Shown here piece by piece: positions 1-13,500 of a DNA stretch of 64,000 nucleotides. The notes below the pieces were generated by a model. That model was not told the origin of the DNA and did no database searches. It saw only the letters and a program-made list of their open reading frames with translations. Position numbers and translations under genes: made by a program. Origin of the DNA: Phoronis australis (Eukaryota; Animalia; Phoronida); the NCBI GenBank assembly GCA_002633005.1, contig NMRA01000619.1:83528-147527 (forward strand), written 5' to 3'. Each line of letters opens with the position of its first letter. Within the stretch, counting starts at the first letter, position 1.

Positions 1-447
1 GTCAGTGCAGTCACCATATCCGCAAAAAACAACACCCTACACAACTTACAGTATAAATTCCACGGTCCCTTGAATAAGACATTGTCATTCTTTGGAATAA
101 CATGATGTTCCCTTCTTTCAGAAGTTTTCTTCACAGCTCGAAATATGTGACCACATGCTTTGCCATTTTGTCAAGAATACGCATTTAGCCGTAAATAGCC
201 AGAATTAGACGAAGTAAGCAAAACACAAATCACAGAACTCGCTGCTTATAGGTTAGGCCTGTGACACACATACCAATATCAGGCTATTTCGAGAATGAAA
301 CGAGTTTTCCGAGTTTGTAGATAAACTTTTTGGCTAAAATAATGATTTTACAATAAATTTTTTTAATTTATAACTATAAAATCTTCTTCCTCATCCGTTT
401 AGATTACAAATTGGCATATTTAATGAAAAACAAGCAAATTACCATAT

Positions 448-1844
448 TCGCGTTTTCAGACTTTGCTAAAATAAGCGCCGAGTCCATGAATGTGTACGTG
501 CGAAAAATACCTTACCTACAGTCCTAAAATTCTACAGTAACCTCTTCAATTTATCAATAATATACGACAGTCCTGAAAAAAATCATTGTGCGCAGAATTT
601 GTATAGCCTCGCCACTTTGTCGGTATTTAGCTGTGACTATACACTTCAAACTTCCTCCATGCCACAAAACGAACACAAAAGTTCTGCTGACATTGCGAGG
701 ACCAATGGTCTGGCCTTTCAGAACAGAAGTAGTGTACTTGTCCACGGGATTGCTTTGTAGATATTTCCCGCTTTCAACAGGAATCCAAATTTCTTTGTAG
801 GCCTACACGTGAAAACCGCAAATTGAAGACTAATAAAAAGCTTGGCCAGTGTTAAAAGCACGTGGCCTGGAAGCGCGCGCTACATACATGAACCTGTCAT
901 CAAATACATTAGTCGGGAACTATCCATTCATGAAACGGGTAGCATAGCATCAGCAAGAAATGAATATTGGCACTAATTTCCAACAGTTTCTAATACTATA
1001 AAAAATGTCTGCGATATTTTGAAGATGAATTATTTGGTTAACCATAACTGATGCTTTTAAGCCAAATATCCGATAAAATGACCACTGACAGTGAATGCTT
1101 ACACACCCTTACAGCGTCAGATAGTCAGGTACGCCGCATCCAGCCACGCGGCGACTAATATGGCCTTACCGAGACAAATGTCGAATGTTTTAAGCACGAG
1201 ACCGGCAATTGCTGAATGAAACACGCTCTGGTTTAGGCCTACTGCTTGTGCAAATTTCTTTAGATACAATGCACATCTAGCTCGTTAAGATTGCGTGGCT
1301 CTAGCCAAAAGACGGTATCTGCTCTGGTGACACGCATGCGCTCGCTTACTCACTAACGCAGACAACTTCAAAACAAATGTCATGTGACAACAACATGTGT
1401 GTTCGTCCAGACATTTTCCTCATGTTGCCGATCACACATGTAGATGGCACAATGTACTAGCACAGATTTGTACTTAAACCTGGGGTGATCCCTACTCCAT
1501 GGGAACTTAAAAATCTAAGGGACGCTACTTGGAAAACTTAAGGATTTCAGGTAATTTGCTTGAGTCGAAATTGTATTTTTATTCAAGCATTGAAGTCGCC
1601 GTCAGCGAGTTTTCGCCCTGGGACTTTAGCACAATTTTCTATAAAATGATCGTAATTTAGCAGCAAAGTTTAATAGCAATGCACCACGGTTTTGTAGAAA
1701 GTCTTTCATACATTACAGATATGTCACAGAGCGTAAATATGATGAATCTTAGCTTCCGATTTCACCCGTTTCGGAGACGGGGTTTCAATGGCCTTGGGTT
1801 ATAATAATCACCCCCCATGAAATAAACTTTTACGGCAAATACGG
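448..1844 (+). mobile_element. Tc2/pogo-like non-autonomous DNA transposon, family A, left-truncated copy
   Basis: Near-identical to 15190-16664 over about 1.4 kb; ends tacggcaaatacgg followed by TA. Confidence 0.85.
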
Positions 1845-1959
1845 TAATAACCTCTTTTGAATTTGCTGAATTTGTATATTTTTGCCTGGCCATGCGTACT
1901 TGAGTACTGGAGGCTGGATTTCCCTATGAATCCACATTTTTCGCGTATGGCATACAGGT

Positions 1960-4395
1960 CTGTCATTGGTCTCCCCTGTTGTATTCTTAATTATAATATC
2001 AGTTCGCCTATATGTATTCTTAATTACATTATCGATATCCCATAATATGTATTCTTAATTATATTATAGATCTCCCCCATATGTATTCTGAATTATATTA
2101 TTAGTCTCCCACCTGTATTTTTAATTATACCGTAAACGTTCGGGTTAACGCCCATGCTCAGTTAACCGCCCACCCCCTACTTTAGGATTTTCGATTTAAC
2201 CGCCCACTGCTCAGTTAAGCGCCCCCCTGCGACTTTTTAAGATTTCCAGTTAAGCACCCACCTCTCGGTTAAGCGCCCATCCCGGACTATTAAAGAATGA
2301 AGATTTAGCGCCCAGTGCTAAGGAAACGCGCGATTCCCCGACTTTTAGAAAAAGATCGATGATCACAATGAGCGCAACGACGCCGGGCCTCCAATACGGT
2401 GGTTTAGCAATGTGAATTACAATACAAATAACGAGTTATTGTCTAGGGTCATGGACTCAATTCAAAATATACTTGAACGTTTTTGTCACTTTATTTTCTT
2501 CCCTTGTTTGCAAAGGTTAAGAACGCCGCCGGCGTCAAAACCTTCGTTTTCAGCGACTTTGTCTGCCGCGCTGAGTTTCCGTCTGCTATGCACTAGATAG
2601 ATCATATATTCGAAAAAATAAGGCCAGAGAAATGTGACAATGGTTTTGCCAACCCTCCAAATTCTGTTAAGGTGGGAAGCTCTCGTACTTTGAGCAAATC
2701 TCACAACTCACGGAAAGATGTCAAATTCTCAATATTTTGATGAATGTAACTGCCGGGTTATAGAAGATGTGTGGCGACTGAAGGGACAGTACAAGTGCCC
2801 TAATGGGTTACCGATTTCGTTACTGCCTATCGATTTCTGGATTCAAAGGTTGGCAATAATGTATGTTTGTGTATGATCTTGAGGTAATAAAAAACTGCTA
2901 GTCAAATTTTGTTTTTCGCTTATTGCATCTCAGTCAAACTGGCATTAGCAGACTTAACTAATGTGGCTTGCTGTTCTTTACTATTTCTTGCGTCAGCCTC
3001 CACGTATAAGCGTGACTGTGTGAATTATCGTTTCCACATCCCCTTTTTCGCCATCCAGAATAATTTTGTTTATACATTGGCCAGTTTCAGCCTGAACGAA
3101 AATTCTTACCATTCGAGTCTGAAATATCTACGACGTACTGACTGAAAATTGGCGATAGTGGGTAGGAGATGCACACAGATAGCTACGGGCAAGGGCTTAG
3201 GGAGCATTGAGTAGGGAAATATCGGAATAGACTTGAGATCGCAGTTTTGGGGAACATTGGCAACGGAGGAATATCGTAAAGAACTGGGTCTTTCGTAACA
3301 ACAGCTTAAAAGTGCATAATCACGCCCGTTTTTGTTACTTAGGGCTATTCTCTTTTGATGTGTGACTTTGTAGTCATTTTGGTGCGCGTGCGCAAGTTCT
3401 CACACTTTGCAGTCCATGTTACCTTGACACCAACATGTGATTGACAGGTGACTCACTCGTAGGCCCTACGTGCGNNNNNNNNNNNNNNNNNNNNNNNNNN
3501 NNNNNNNNNNNNNNNNNNNNNNNNNNNNNNNNNNNNNNNNNNNNNNNNNNNNNNNNNNNNNNNNNNNNNNNNNNNNNNNNNNNNNNNNNNNNNNNNNNNN
3601 NNNNNNNNNNNNNNNNNNNNNNNNNNNNNNNNNNNNNNNNNNNNNNNNNNNNNNNNNNNNNNNNNNNNNNNNNNNNNNNNNNNNNNNNNNNNNNNNNNNN
3701 NNNNNNNNNNNNNNNNNNNNNNNNNNNNNNNNNNNNNNNNNNNNNNNNNNNNNNNNNNNNNNNNNNAACCATAACTTTGATGTCTGCTGTGACCTCTGCA
3801 ACACGTGAAGCTTGCACGCGCGCACTTTAACAAGGTCACATCTTGAAATAGTTGCAATCCAAGTAGAGGCTGCGTGGTCATTGGTCGTCTGCGCTCTAGA
3901 GGGCAAAGTAACAAGACCGCAGGACGCCACGGGGCTATTACTCAGCAATTCTGTAAATTTAACAGTGAATAACTAATCTGAGGGCAAGAGAATCTTTGTT
4001 GGGATCATCCGCTGTTATGACATTTTTTTCGTCATGTGGCGACGTGACGATAACGCTCTTTGAAAAGTGCTACGCGTTCCAAGTACGAGGTAAGATTAAC
4101 CGCCCAGGGCGGTTGCCTGCCGTAATAAGCGCCCATGTTCGGTTAACCGCCCACCCTGGATTTCTCGAAATTTCCCGTTTAAGCGCCCATGTCTGGTTAA
4201 CCGCCCACCCCCGATTTTTTGGGTTCGCCAATTTAACCGCCCAGGGCGTTAACCCGAACGTTTACGGTAATATCGGTTCCCTCAGATGTATTCTTAATTA
4301 CATTATCGGTTACCCCATATGTATTGTTAATTATATTGTCGGTCCTCCCATGTGTATTCTTAATTTTATTGTCGGTCCCCCCATATGTATTCAAA
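1960..4395. repeat. About 31-bp minisatellite (tatgtattcttaattatattatcggtctcccc) split by the family B insertion
   Basis: Units at about 1960-2129 resume at about 4268-4395, directly on either side of the 2130-4267 element. Confidence 0.85.
2130..4267 (+). mobile_element. Tc2/pogo-like non-autonomous DNA transposon, family B copy 1 (contains N gap)
   Basis: TIR CCGTAAACGTTCGGGTTAACGCCC at both ends, TA TSD, subterminal TAA(C/G)CGCCC repeats. Confidence 0.92.
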
Positions 4396-4679
4396 CAGGT
4401 GTTGCACAATGTTTGAAAAGTTCTAAGCCATGATTGGAAATCTTCAAGCATGCGTGCAATGCACGGTCAGTTGTTTCTATGGATTATCAAAAAAGAAGGT
4501 TTGGACTAAAAAACACGACTCGCAATAAGAGCCAGGTTTGGCGATGTTTTTCTCGTGAGCAGAGCCTTGCTTCTGATTACTTAATAAATATTTCATAATT
4601 GCAAATTATATCACTGAACTTCTGTTTTAACCACAAAATCAGCATTAGAAAACAAGATGAAGTATTGTGTTAATCCCTT

Positions 4680-4800
4680 TAATAATAATAATAATAAACT
4701 TTATTTAAAGAGGATAAAAATACAATAAATGTAAATCATGCTTTAGCCAAAGGCTAATATCCAGCATGGTCCTCTGCAGCAAGAAATTAAATTAATTAAA
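4680..4800 (-). mobile_element. 3' tail of a LINE or SINE (stem-loop, AATAAA, (ATT)n tail)
   Basis: Minus strand reads gaggaccatgctggatattagcctttggctaaagcatg...tcctc tttaaataaag tt(att)n. Confidence 0.5.
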
Positions 4801-5481
4801 TTAAGTTAGTTAAACAGATTAAATTACGATACAATAAGATACATTAAATAAAATAGTATTTACAAATTGGATAAAAAATTTGAATTAAAGATGAATAAAT
4901 AAATAAAATTTTTTTGGTAAACATACTGGAAAGACAAAAAGGAAAGACATCTATTACCACCACAGGTAACTGATGAGGTGGTGTCTGAAATTATCATAAC
5001 AGTCAGCATCCTTAAGACTATTAGGCAAATGGTTCCATGGTTTGATGGTCTGAATAAAGAAGGACTTTGACTTGACATGATTGTTCTTGCTGAGATTTTG
5101 AGGTTAAATCAAGGTGTTGGCAATGAACATTTTTGGCATTACTTTGCTATTTATCATCAAGATACACTAGCCAGTCAAACAATAAACAAAACCTGTCACA
5201 CAAAAACTACAGACATACTTTCCAAACATGCTACATGCATCACAGCGCTTGTTTAGGAAAGGATTTGGATCACTTTAGTCATGCAGCATTTGGTGTCGTG
5301 GAATGATTCAATTAATTCTGAGACATATACTTTAAATATTAACTTTGAAATCTTAAATTTGATGCCGCACTCATGGCTGATAAGAATTGGAATGGGTACC
5401 TTTAAAGGAAATCACTTTAAAAACTTTGTCCTTTAGTTTTCAAGATACTCAGCTTGCTTGTGATTCTCATGCGAAAAGTTT

Positions 5482-6020
5482 GGACAACAAACATCAATAT
5501 TCCTCCCGTCAACGTGCAGACAACAAACATCAATGTTCTGCCCATCATCGTGCGGACAATGAACATCAATGTTCCTCCCGTCAACGTAGGGACAACGAAT
5601 ATCAATGTTCCTCCCATCAACGTGCAGACAATGAACATCAATGTTCCTCCCGTCAACGTCAACACGCGGACAACAAACATCAATGCTCCTCCCATCAACG
5701 TACGGACAACGAACATCAATGCTCCTCCCGTCAACGTGCGAACAAGGAATATCAATGCTCCTTCCGTCAACGCGCGGACAACGGACATCAATGCTCCTCC
5801 TGTCAACGTGCGGACAACGAACATCAATGCTCCTCCCGCCAACGTGCGGACAACGAACATTAATGCTCCTTCCGTCAACGTGCGGACAACGAACATCAAT
5901 GCTCCTTCCGTCAATGTGCGGACAACAAACATCAATGTTCCTCCCGTCAACATGCAGACAACGAACATCAATGTTCCTCTTGTCAATATGTGCAAATATC
6001 CAATGAAAGACAAACATCAG
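5482..6020. repeat. 36-bp minisatellite, about 15 copies (caacgaacatcaatgctcctcccgtcaacgtgcgga)
   Basis: Direct tandem units; 12-aa periodicity in all overlapping track ORFs. Confidence 0.95.
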
Positions 6021-6797
6021 AAGTGTTGAATTTCGGGCAACAATCTGACATAACGTAACCATATTTTGAGAACCAGCCTGTTATTCAGTGGAGAAAAACT
6101 GGTACTTAAAATGCAGGCACATTACACCCGACTATTACAGAGTTTCACTCAAGCAAGAAGAAGTGAATGGAATCGAAGTATTTTGAATTCCATCCATAAG
6201 CTAGGAATACAACAGGTACGTTCACAGCACAGTCGTATCAACAAGGCCACTTGCAGTTGGAAAATACGCCTCATACAATTTCAAACTCCTACCAAGAGGC
6301 GCGACCGGGTTCAATAACAAGTTGTTCACAGTGATTGTCGTATGAAAATGAATGGCGAAACAAGATAGGGGAAGTTATAGTTGGGCAGATGATGTCTTGA
6401 CACTTGTGGCTTGCATAGTTTATAAGGACTAGAGAACAATTTCATTAAAGGTCGTAAACACAGTTGTACCGTATTATAGATTGACACCAGAAATCCATCA
6501 ACCTTGAAGTTAATTGTTTAAAAGTTCCTACGCACACCTGTATTATAGACTGAGGCTAGAATACCATCAACCTTCATGATTTAAAACATAAGTCTGACAT
6601 TTCCTTCATAAAAATGTGAGAGCATGGCTTTTAAAATCACATCCCTACAAATGTAGCAGGAGTGACTGGTCATGTGACTTGTGATAAAACTAGCTCCAGG
6701 TAGAAAGTAATACAACCTCATACAGGTGTCTCATATAACCAGGGATTTGTGTTCAATAAGATAACAACAAAAATGATCATCGGCTATCATCCTTTAA

Positions 6798-7422
6798 GGT
6801 AATTATCAACATTAGGTTCGATCGTAAATTCTTTTTCAAAAATATTTTATTCATTGCATACATTTATGTGTGTATTTTTTAATTCCAATCCGTAACATTC
6901 TTTAAAACTCATTGTTTATGTGCTAAATGTGTTTATTGCTCATATTCAAGCCTTTTTTTCACCGCTCTTACTAGTTTTGAACATCCAATTTCCGGAAAGT
7001 GTGTGGGTCAATCTGTATGGAATTTGCACACATATTTTATTGAGCATGACCAAGTGAGCTATTTATAAATTTTTTTGATTTTCTTATGAACACAGGGAAT
7101 ATAAGCTTACCAAATGAAGACTTGAGAAATTGTTTTAAAAACGAAAATTGATGACCAACATCTCTGTATTAATTTAGATTAGATGAAGAAGTTTGTGCAT
7201 AGACAGCCAGAATATACAATTCAAACATGAAGTTGCCTGCAGTTAGGGTTTTGTTAGGCAATCATGTTCAAAGCAAAAATGATTATTTTCACAAAAAGGA
7301 AGTCACACGATTAAAAACAATTGTGTGGTGTTCTAATATAAATATAAAAGTGTGTAGTCGATGAATATTCAGAAAATGGTTTGCAAAAGAACAATTGACG
7401 AAACTGAAACTTGAAAATTACC
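6798..7422. mobile_element. Putative Kolobok-like MITE
   Basis: TTAA|GGTAATTATCAA ... TTGAAAATTACC inverted ends; right TSD degenerate. Confidence 0.35.
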
Positions 7423-8013
7423 TCATAAACAATCAATTGGCCAGAGTCAAAACTTGAAGGCATAAAAAGACAGTCTCTCGAATGTGACAGTAGGCTAAAT
7501 GCACGTGAAATTCAAACTAACAACTTGCAAAATTTTCCATTATTAAAAGATGCAATTCATTCTTGCATTTGGTGTTTATGCCATGAACAAGATGCCAACA
7601 TGCATATACATACTAGCTAAATAGAATTGTATCACTAATTACCCTAATATTAAACTGAAAAGAAAGTTTGCAATAAAATAAAAAACAATTAAGAACAGCA
7701 CATTCACAGTTTTCACTAAAAAGACGCATTATTTTTCTCTCAAAATTGTGTATGGTAAATTTGGCTAATAACTGTCGCCAGCATGAACTCATGACATGAT
7801 AGGCAAAATGAACATTTTTATTTATTTTCATGAAATTTTCCATCAAGTTTCCAGAGGTGTTTAATAACCTTTTTCATCTTCCAGGAGTTTTCCGTGTACA
7901 CAAACTATGCTAGTCATTTTCCAGATTTTGCCGATGAGCAAAAACTATCATCATGAATTAAATATGAATTTATGAAAACAAATCCACACAAAACACCACA
8001 TGCAAAGTGATTA

Positions 8014-10567
8014 CCGTAAACATTCAGGTTAACGCCCATGCTCGGTTAACCGCCCACCCCCTACTTTAGGTGGATTTTCAATACAACCGCCCACTGCTTG
8101 GTTAACCGCCCATCTGCGATTTTGGAAGATTTCCAGTTATGCGTCCATCTCTCGGTTAAGCGCCCATCCCCGACTTCTAAATATTGAAGATTTAGCGCCC
8201 AGTGCTATGCAAACACGCGATTCCCCGACTTTTAGATCGATGATCACAACTAGAGTGCAACGACGGCCTCCGAGCCGACGGTTTGGCAATGTGTATTATA
8301 ATACAAGTAACAAACTCTTGTCTGGGCTCATGGATTTACTTCAAAACATAATACTTGAACGTTTTGTCACTTTATTTTCCTTCCCATGTTCAAAAAATTT
8401 AGGAACCCCGCTGACTTCAATGCCTCCGCTTTTAGCGACGCGGTCTGTCGCGCTGAGTATCTGTCTGCAGTGCACTACATAAAACATATATTCGAAAAAA
8501 ATCGGGCCAGAGAAATGTGACAGTGGTTTTGCCAACCCATCCAATTCGCTTTTGGTAGGAAGCTCTCGTATTTTGAAGAATTTCCATAACTCATGGAAAG
8601 ATGTCAAATTTTCCCTATTTTGATGAGTGCAATTGCCAGGTTATCGAGGATGTGTAGCGACCGAACGGACAGTGTGCCTCGCTGGCCGATTTGCTATCTC
8701 TCGATTTCTGAATTCAAAGGTTGGCAATACATTACTGGATGTTTGTGTATCATCTTGAAGAAATAAAAACCTGTAAGTCAAATTCTGTTTTTCGCTTATT
8801 GCATCTCAGACAAGTTGGCATTAGCAGATTCCACCAAAAGTTGCTGGCGGTTCTTTATAGTACGATTTCTTGTGACAGGCGGAACTTATGGGTCATTGGA
8901 ACGGAGGAATATCGTAAAACACTGGGTTTTTTGTAAAAACAGCTTAAAAGTACATAGTCGCGCCGGTGTACTTTTTTACATAGGGCTGTCGCTGTTCTCT
9001 TTTGATGTGCGATCTCTTAAGTGGTGCATGCGTGTAAGTTCCCACACTCTGGAGTGCATGTTACCTTGACAACAACATATGTGATTGACAGGTGACTCAT
9101 ACGTACGCGCGTGCTGAATCCAGCTTCTGTCTTTTGTCACATAAAACAAGACCCATGTTGAAAGAGGCTGTTAAATTACTTGACGGCATTTCCAAGTCTA
9201 GTGACGGCATATTGTGCGCTAACAGTAGGACCGACCAGTGCCGCAGTGCGATATTGCCGTAGGTGATATTATAATAGGATAATCTGTACATATTGCGTGT
9301 AAAATAAATGTTTTTCGAGTTGCTTTATGTTTGGCAGGTAGGCCCATCTATTTTACCCCCCCCAAAAAAAAACGGCTCGCGTAGGTTGGAATTCCCCGTT
9401 GGCAGGTACAAGACATCTATAATCTCAGCTCGCATTTCCAAATTTCAGGTTGCCAATGCGACCTGCAGTTCGTTATGCCGAGCGCGGCGTCTCGGTTGCA
9501 AAACACTGACTCGGGAAGGATGCGTTGCTGGTTGGAGCTCTTCACTAATTTAGTCGTATAGCCGCGCAAACCACGGATGCCGGTTACCCGAAGAATTGGG
9601 GCTACATCTACGAATTGTTTTTTACCGACATAGATACGAGTACGAACTGATAATTTTTTCCTCGGACTCTACTGTATGCGCTCACTAGACTCATCCCCAG
9701 TCACAGTGTTAATAATTTTAAAATAAAATCTTAAGCAAATACTTGTTTTTGAGTAATGCCTTTGCGGTAACTTTTGATTGACGACTGGCTCGTGTCCGCT
9801 TACCCCCGATTCTCATCTTTTTGCGTGGCATGTTTCACGCAATTGGAAGTGGGCAATGCCGGGCGGTCGAGATAAAACAGCTAGCTGCAGAACCATACGT
9901 TGAAAATGAGTCACGGAGTTTAATCGAATCTAATCTAATCTAATCTACAACATAAACATCCCAAACACAAAAAAACACCTGAATTTGTTTTTTAAACTTT
10001 TATTAAATCATTAACTTTAAAACTGGTCTTTGACTCGGAACTTGACAGCTGGCACCATAAATTTGATGTCTGCTATGATCTCTGCAACACGTGAAGCTCA
10101 CACGCGCGCACTTCTAAAGTGTCATTGCATGAGAATAGTTGCAATCCAAGCTATTGTTACTGGTCGTCTGCGCACTACAGCTCTAATAAGATCGCAGGAC
10201 GGCACAGGGCTATTACTCACCAATTTTGTAAATTTAATGGTGATTGACTAATCTGTGGGCAACAGAACATTTCTTGGGATCGTCCGCTGTTATGACACTT
10301 TTAGCGACATTTGGTGACTTGACAACAAAGCTCTTTGAAAAGTTCTACGCGTTCCGAGTAAGTGTGTCGTGTGGTACTCTGATAAGTAGGTAAGATTAAC
10401 CGCCCAGGGCGGTTGTCTGTCGTAATAAGCACCCATGTTCAGTGAACCGCCCACCCTTGATTTCTTGAAATTTCACGTTTAAGCGCCCATGTCTGGTTAA
10501 CCGCCCACCCCCCATTTCTTGGGCTTGCCAATTTAACCGCCCAGGGCATTAACCCGAACGGTTACGG
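8014..10567 (+). mobile_element. Family B Tc2/pogo-like element, full-length copy 2 (2554 bp)
   Basis: Same TIRs and TA TSD as 2130-4267; colinear internal homology; no transposase ORF. Confidence 0.92.
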
Positions 10568-10596
10568 TAATGATCTGCAACATAACATGATGAACA

Positions 10597-13500
10597 AACA
10601 AGAGAAACGCGGAGCGTAGAAATGCGCCCACAAAAGCATCGCAAGTGATATACTTCTATGAGCGTTTTTAGTATCATAAAAATGGCCATTAGATGGCGCA
10701 GAATGCGTCAAAACCATATTGAGAAGGTGGCATCATCTCTGTAAAATACAACTATTTGCCAAATTTCATAAAAATAAATCAAGGAACTCCTAATATATAG
10801 AGACAAACATAAAAAATAATGGACACTGGGAGACACCGCTATAGCCAGACTGGTCTGAAACTCGTCATCTGTTGCCATCTCTGCAGAAGCCCATCTGCTA
10901 AATTTCGCAAAGATCCTTCAAAGGGTTGAGGAGATATAGCCGTAGATGAAGCAAGAGAAACACGGATCGCTGAAATGAGCTAATGAATACACTGCAAAAG
11001 GTGTGCTTCTAGGGGTATTTCTTTGTATCATAAAAATGGCGACTAGATGGTGCAAAATATGTCGAGTCCATCCAAAAACTGGTATATAGCATCAAAGCTA
11101 TTTACCAAATTTCATAAAAATCCGAGGGAAACAGAAAACAAGAGCAACGCGGAGCGTTGAATTGCACCTACGAATACACCGCTAACGTTGTGCTTCTAGG
11201 GGTATTTATTTGGAACATAAAAATTTGCAACCAGATGGCACAAAATATGTCGAATCCATCTGAGAACTTGTATGTGTCATCAAAGCTATTTACCAAATTT
11301 CATAAAAATCTGTCAAGGAACCTCTGAGAAAAATGAGGAAAATGAAAAAATGAAAATGCCACTAAGAGGCTATAAGTGCAAAAAACATAACTGCCACAAA
11401 GAGTCACCAAAGTAGATAAAGTCGTCGGAAAATCATCGTCAGACTTCCTCTTCCCATTAGGAACATAAATGCCAATTTCCACAACCATCCTTAGAGAGGT
11501 TTGGTTGACAGAAAGACAGACGTCAAATAACAAGACTCGAAAACAGTAAAAATGGCCACAAGGTGGCGCAAAATGACTCAAATTTTACTGAAAACCGGAT
11601 GAAAGCGTCAACTCCCTAATAGATACCTAACTGCCAAATTTCATGAAAATCCATTGACAATCCTTTAAGATACAGAGGTAAACCTAAAAAACTAAACTTG
11701 CCACTAGGGGGCACAAAGATAGCCCGATCCGTCCGAAAGTCGTCATCGTCTGTATTCAACTTCATATAAATGTAGAAGATAGCTTGTGCTGTAGGACCTC
11801 ACAAGATAATGGTGAGGTAAATGACTTTGGTACAGAATTATTGAGATAAGAATTCTGAATGGAAGAGTAGGGAAAGATACAGACATTGGTAGTGTAACAT
11901 GTGTAACTTATAATGGATCTAGTGTTGTTGATTATGTCATGATGAGCAAGGATTTATTGTACTGTGTGGAGAGTTTTGAAATCGGTGAAATATGTGAATC
12001 GACTGCGCACTTTCCATTGATTTTTAGTATCTGTAAGACGCAGCAAAACAACTGGGCTCGAGGTGAACAGATTGAAAATGTTTATAAATGGAACGAGGGG
12101 TTGAGCCTAAGATATGCAGAAAATTGGTCGAGCCCGAAGGTGGATCAGTTGCTCTCTGACGTACAAAGTCATTTACCCTCGACCTTAGATTCAAGTATAG
12201 AAAGTTTAATGGAAGCCATTAAATTATGTGCTGCGGACCTGTTAAAACCAAAAGTGAACATATCTTATAACCCAGTTAGTTTTCCCAAATGGTTTGACGC
12301 TGATTGTAGGGAAATGAGAGCTGTAGTTAGGCAAAAATTAAGTAATTTTAGATTCAGTATTGGAACAAAAACAGACTACAAAACAGTACAACTGACAACT
12401 AGATGGCGCAAAATATGTTGAATCCATCCCAAATCAGGAACATGTCATCGTTTCAATAGAAAGCTATCTACCAACTTTCATAAAAATCCGTCAAGCAGCT
12501 TCAGAGAAACAGAAGAAAATGGAAATTAATGAAATTGCCACCAGGGGGCACAATGTTTGTCGGATCCGCCTGAAAGTCATCAGCTGCCCTCTTCACATTA
12601 AGAACATATATGCCAATTTTCACAATCATCCCTAAAGCAGTTGATACAGGGGCGGCGACAAAAAACAAAGTCGAAAACAGTAAAAATGACTACAAGGTGG
12701 CACAAAGTACTTCGAATCCATTCAAAAACAGGAGGATAGCGTCATCTCACTACTAGATGCCAAACTTTCAAATTTATGAAAATCCGTTGAGTACCTTCGA
12801 AGATACAGAGGTAAACGTAAAAAACTAAAATTGCCACTAGGGGCACACGGGTGGTTGAAGATGTCCAAAATTCGTTGTCATCCATCGTCAGCTTCATAGG
12901 AACACATCTGCCAAATCTCATCAAGATCCTGTGAGGGTTTAGGAGATACAGACGCCCAGACAGAAATGACGGCACTATGCACGCACACATAAATATGCGG
13001 GCAAAATTGCCCCTAAGGAGCACCAGAATACTCAAAAACATTCCAAAATCAACATCAGCCAGGGTCTTCGCATCAGGAACACAACCATCGATTTTCATAA
13101 TCGTCCTTTGAGTGGTTTGGCACATAGAGAGGCAGACGTCAAAAACATGTGCAAAAATTTCTACATAGCCACCAGGTGGGCAGAAAACATCAAATCTGTT
13201 TGGAAATAAGAGGGCATTGTCCTCTCTTTATTAACAGAAACCGATTTTCCAAATTTCATGAAAATACATTCATGAACTCCAAAGATAAAGACTGAGGTAA
13301 ACGTAAAAAACATTTTGCTACTAGGGAGCACAGTGGTATTTGGATTAGATCGACATCTGATACAGTTTCTCGTCAGCTCCATAGGAACACATCTTTCAAA
13401 TTTCACAAAGCTCCTTCAAAGGGTTAAGGAGATTCAGCCTCAGACGCAAACAAAAATAAGATCACCACTAGGGGGCGAAACAGTAGTTGGGCCCGTTCAA

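Noticed and set aside
3419-3948. Several long ORFs in the track
   Set aside because: Artefacts of reading through the N gap inside a family B element.
5482-6020. CRISPR-like array of 36-bp repeats
   Set aside because: Units are directly adjacent with no unique spacers, there are no cas genes, and the context is eukaryotic.
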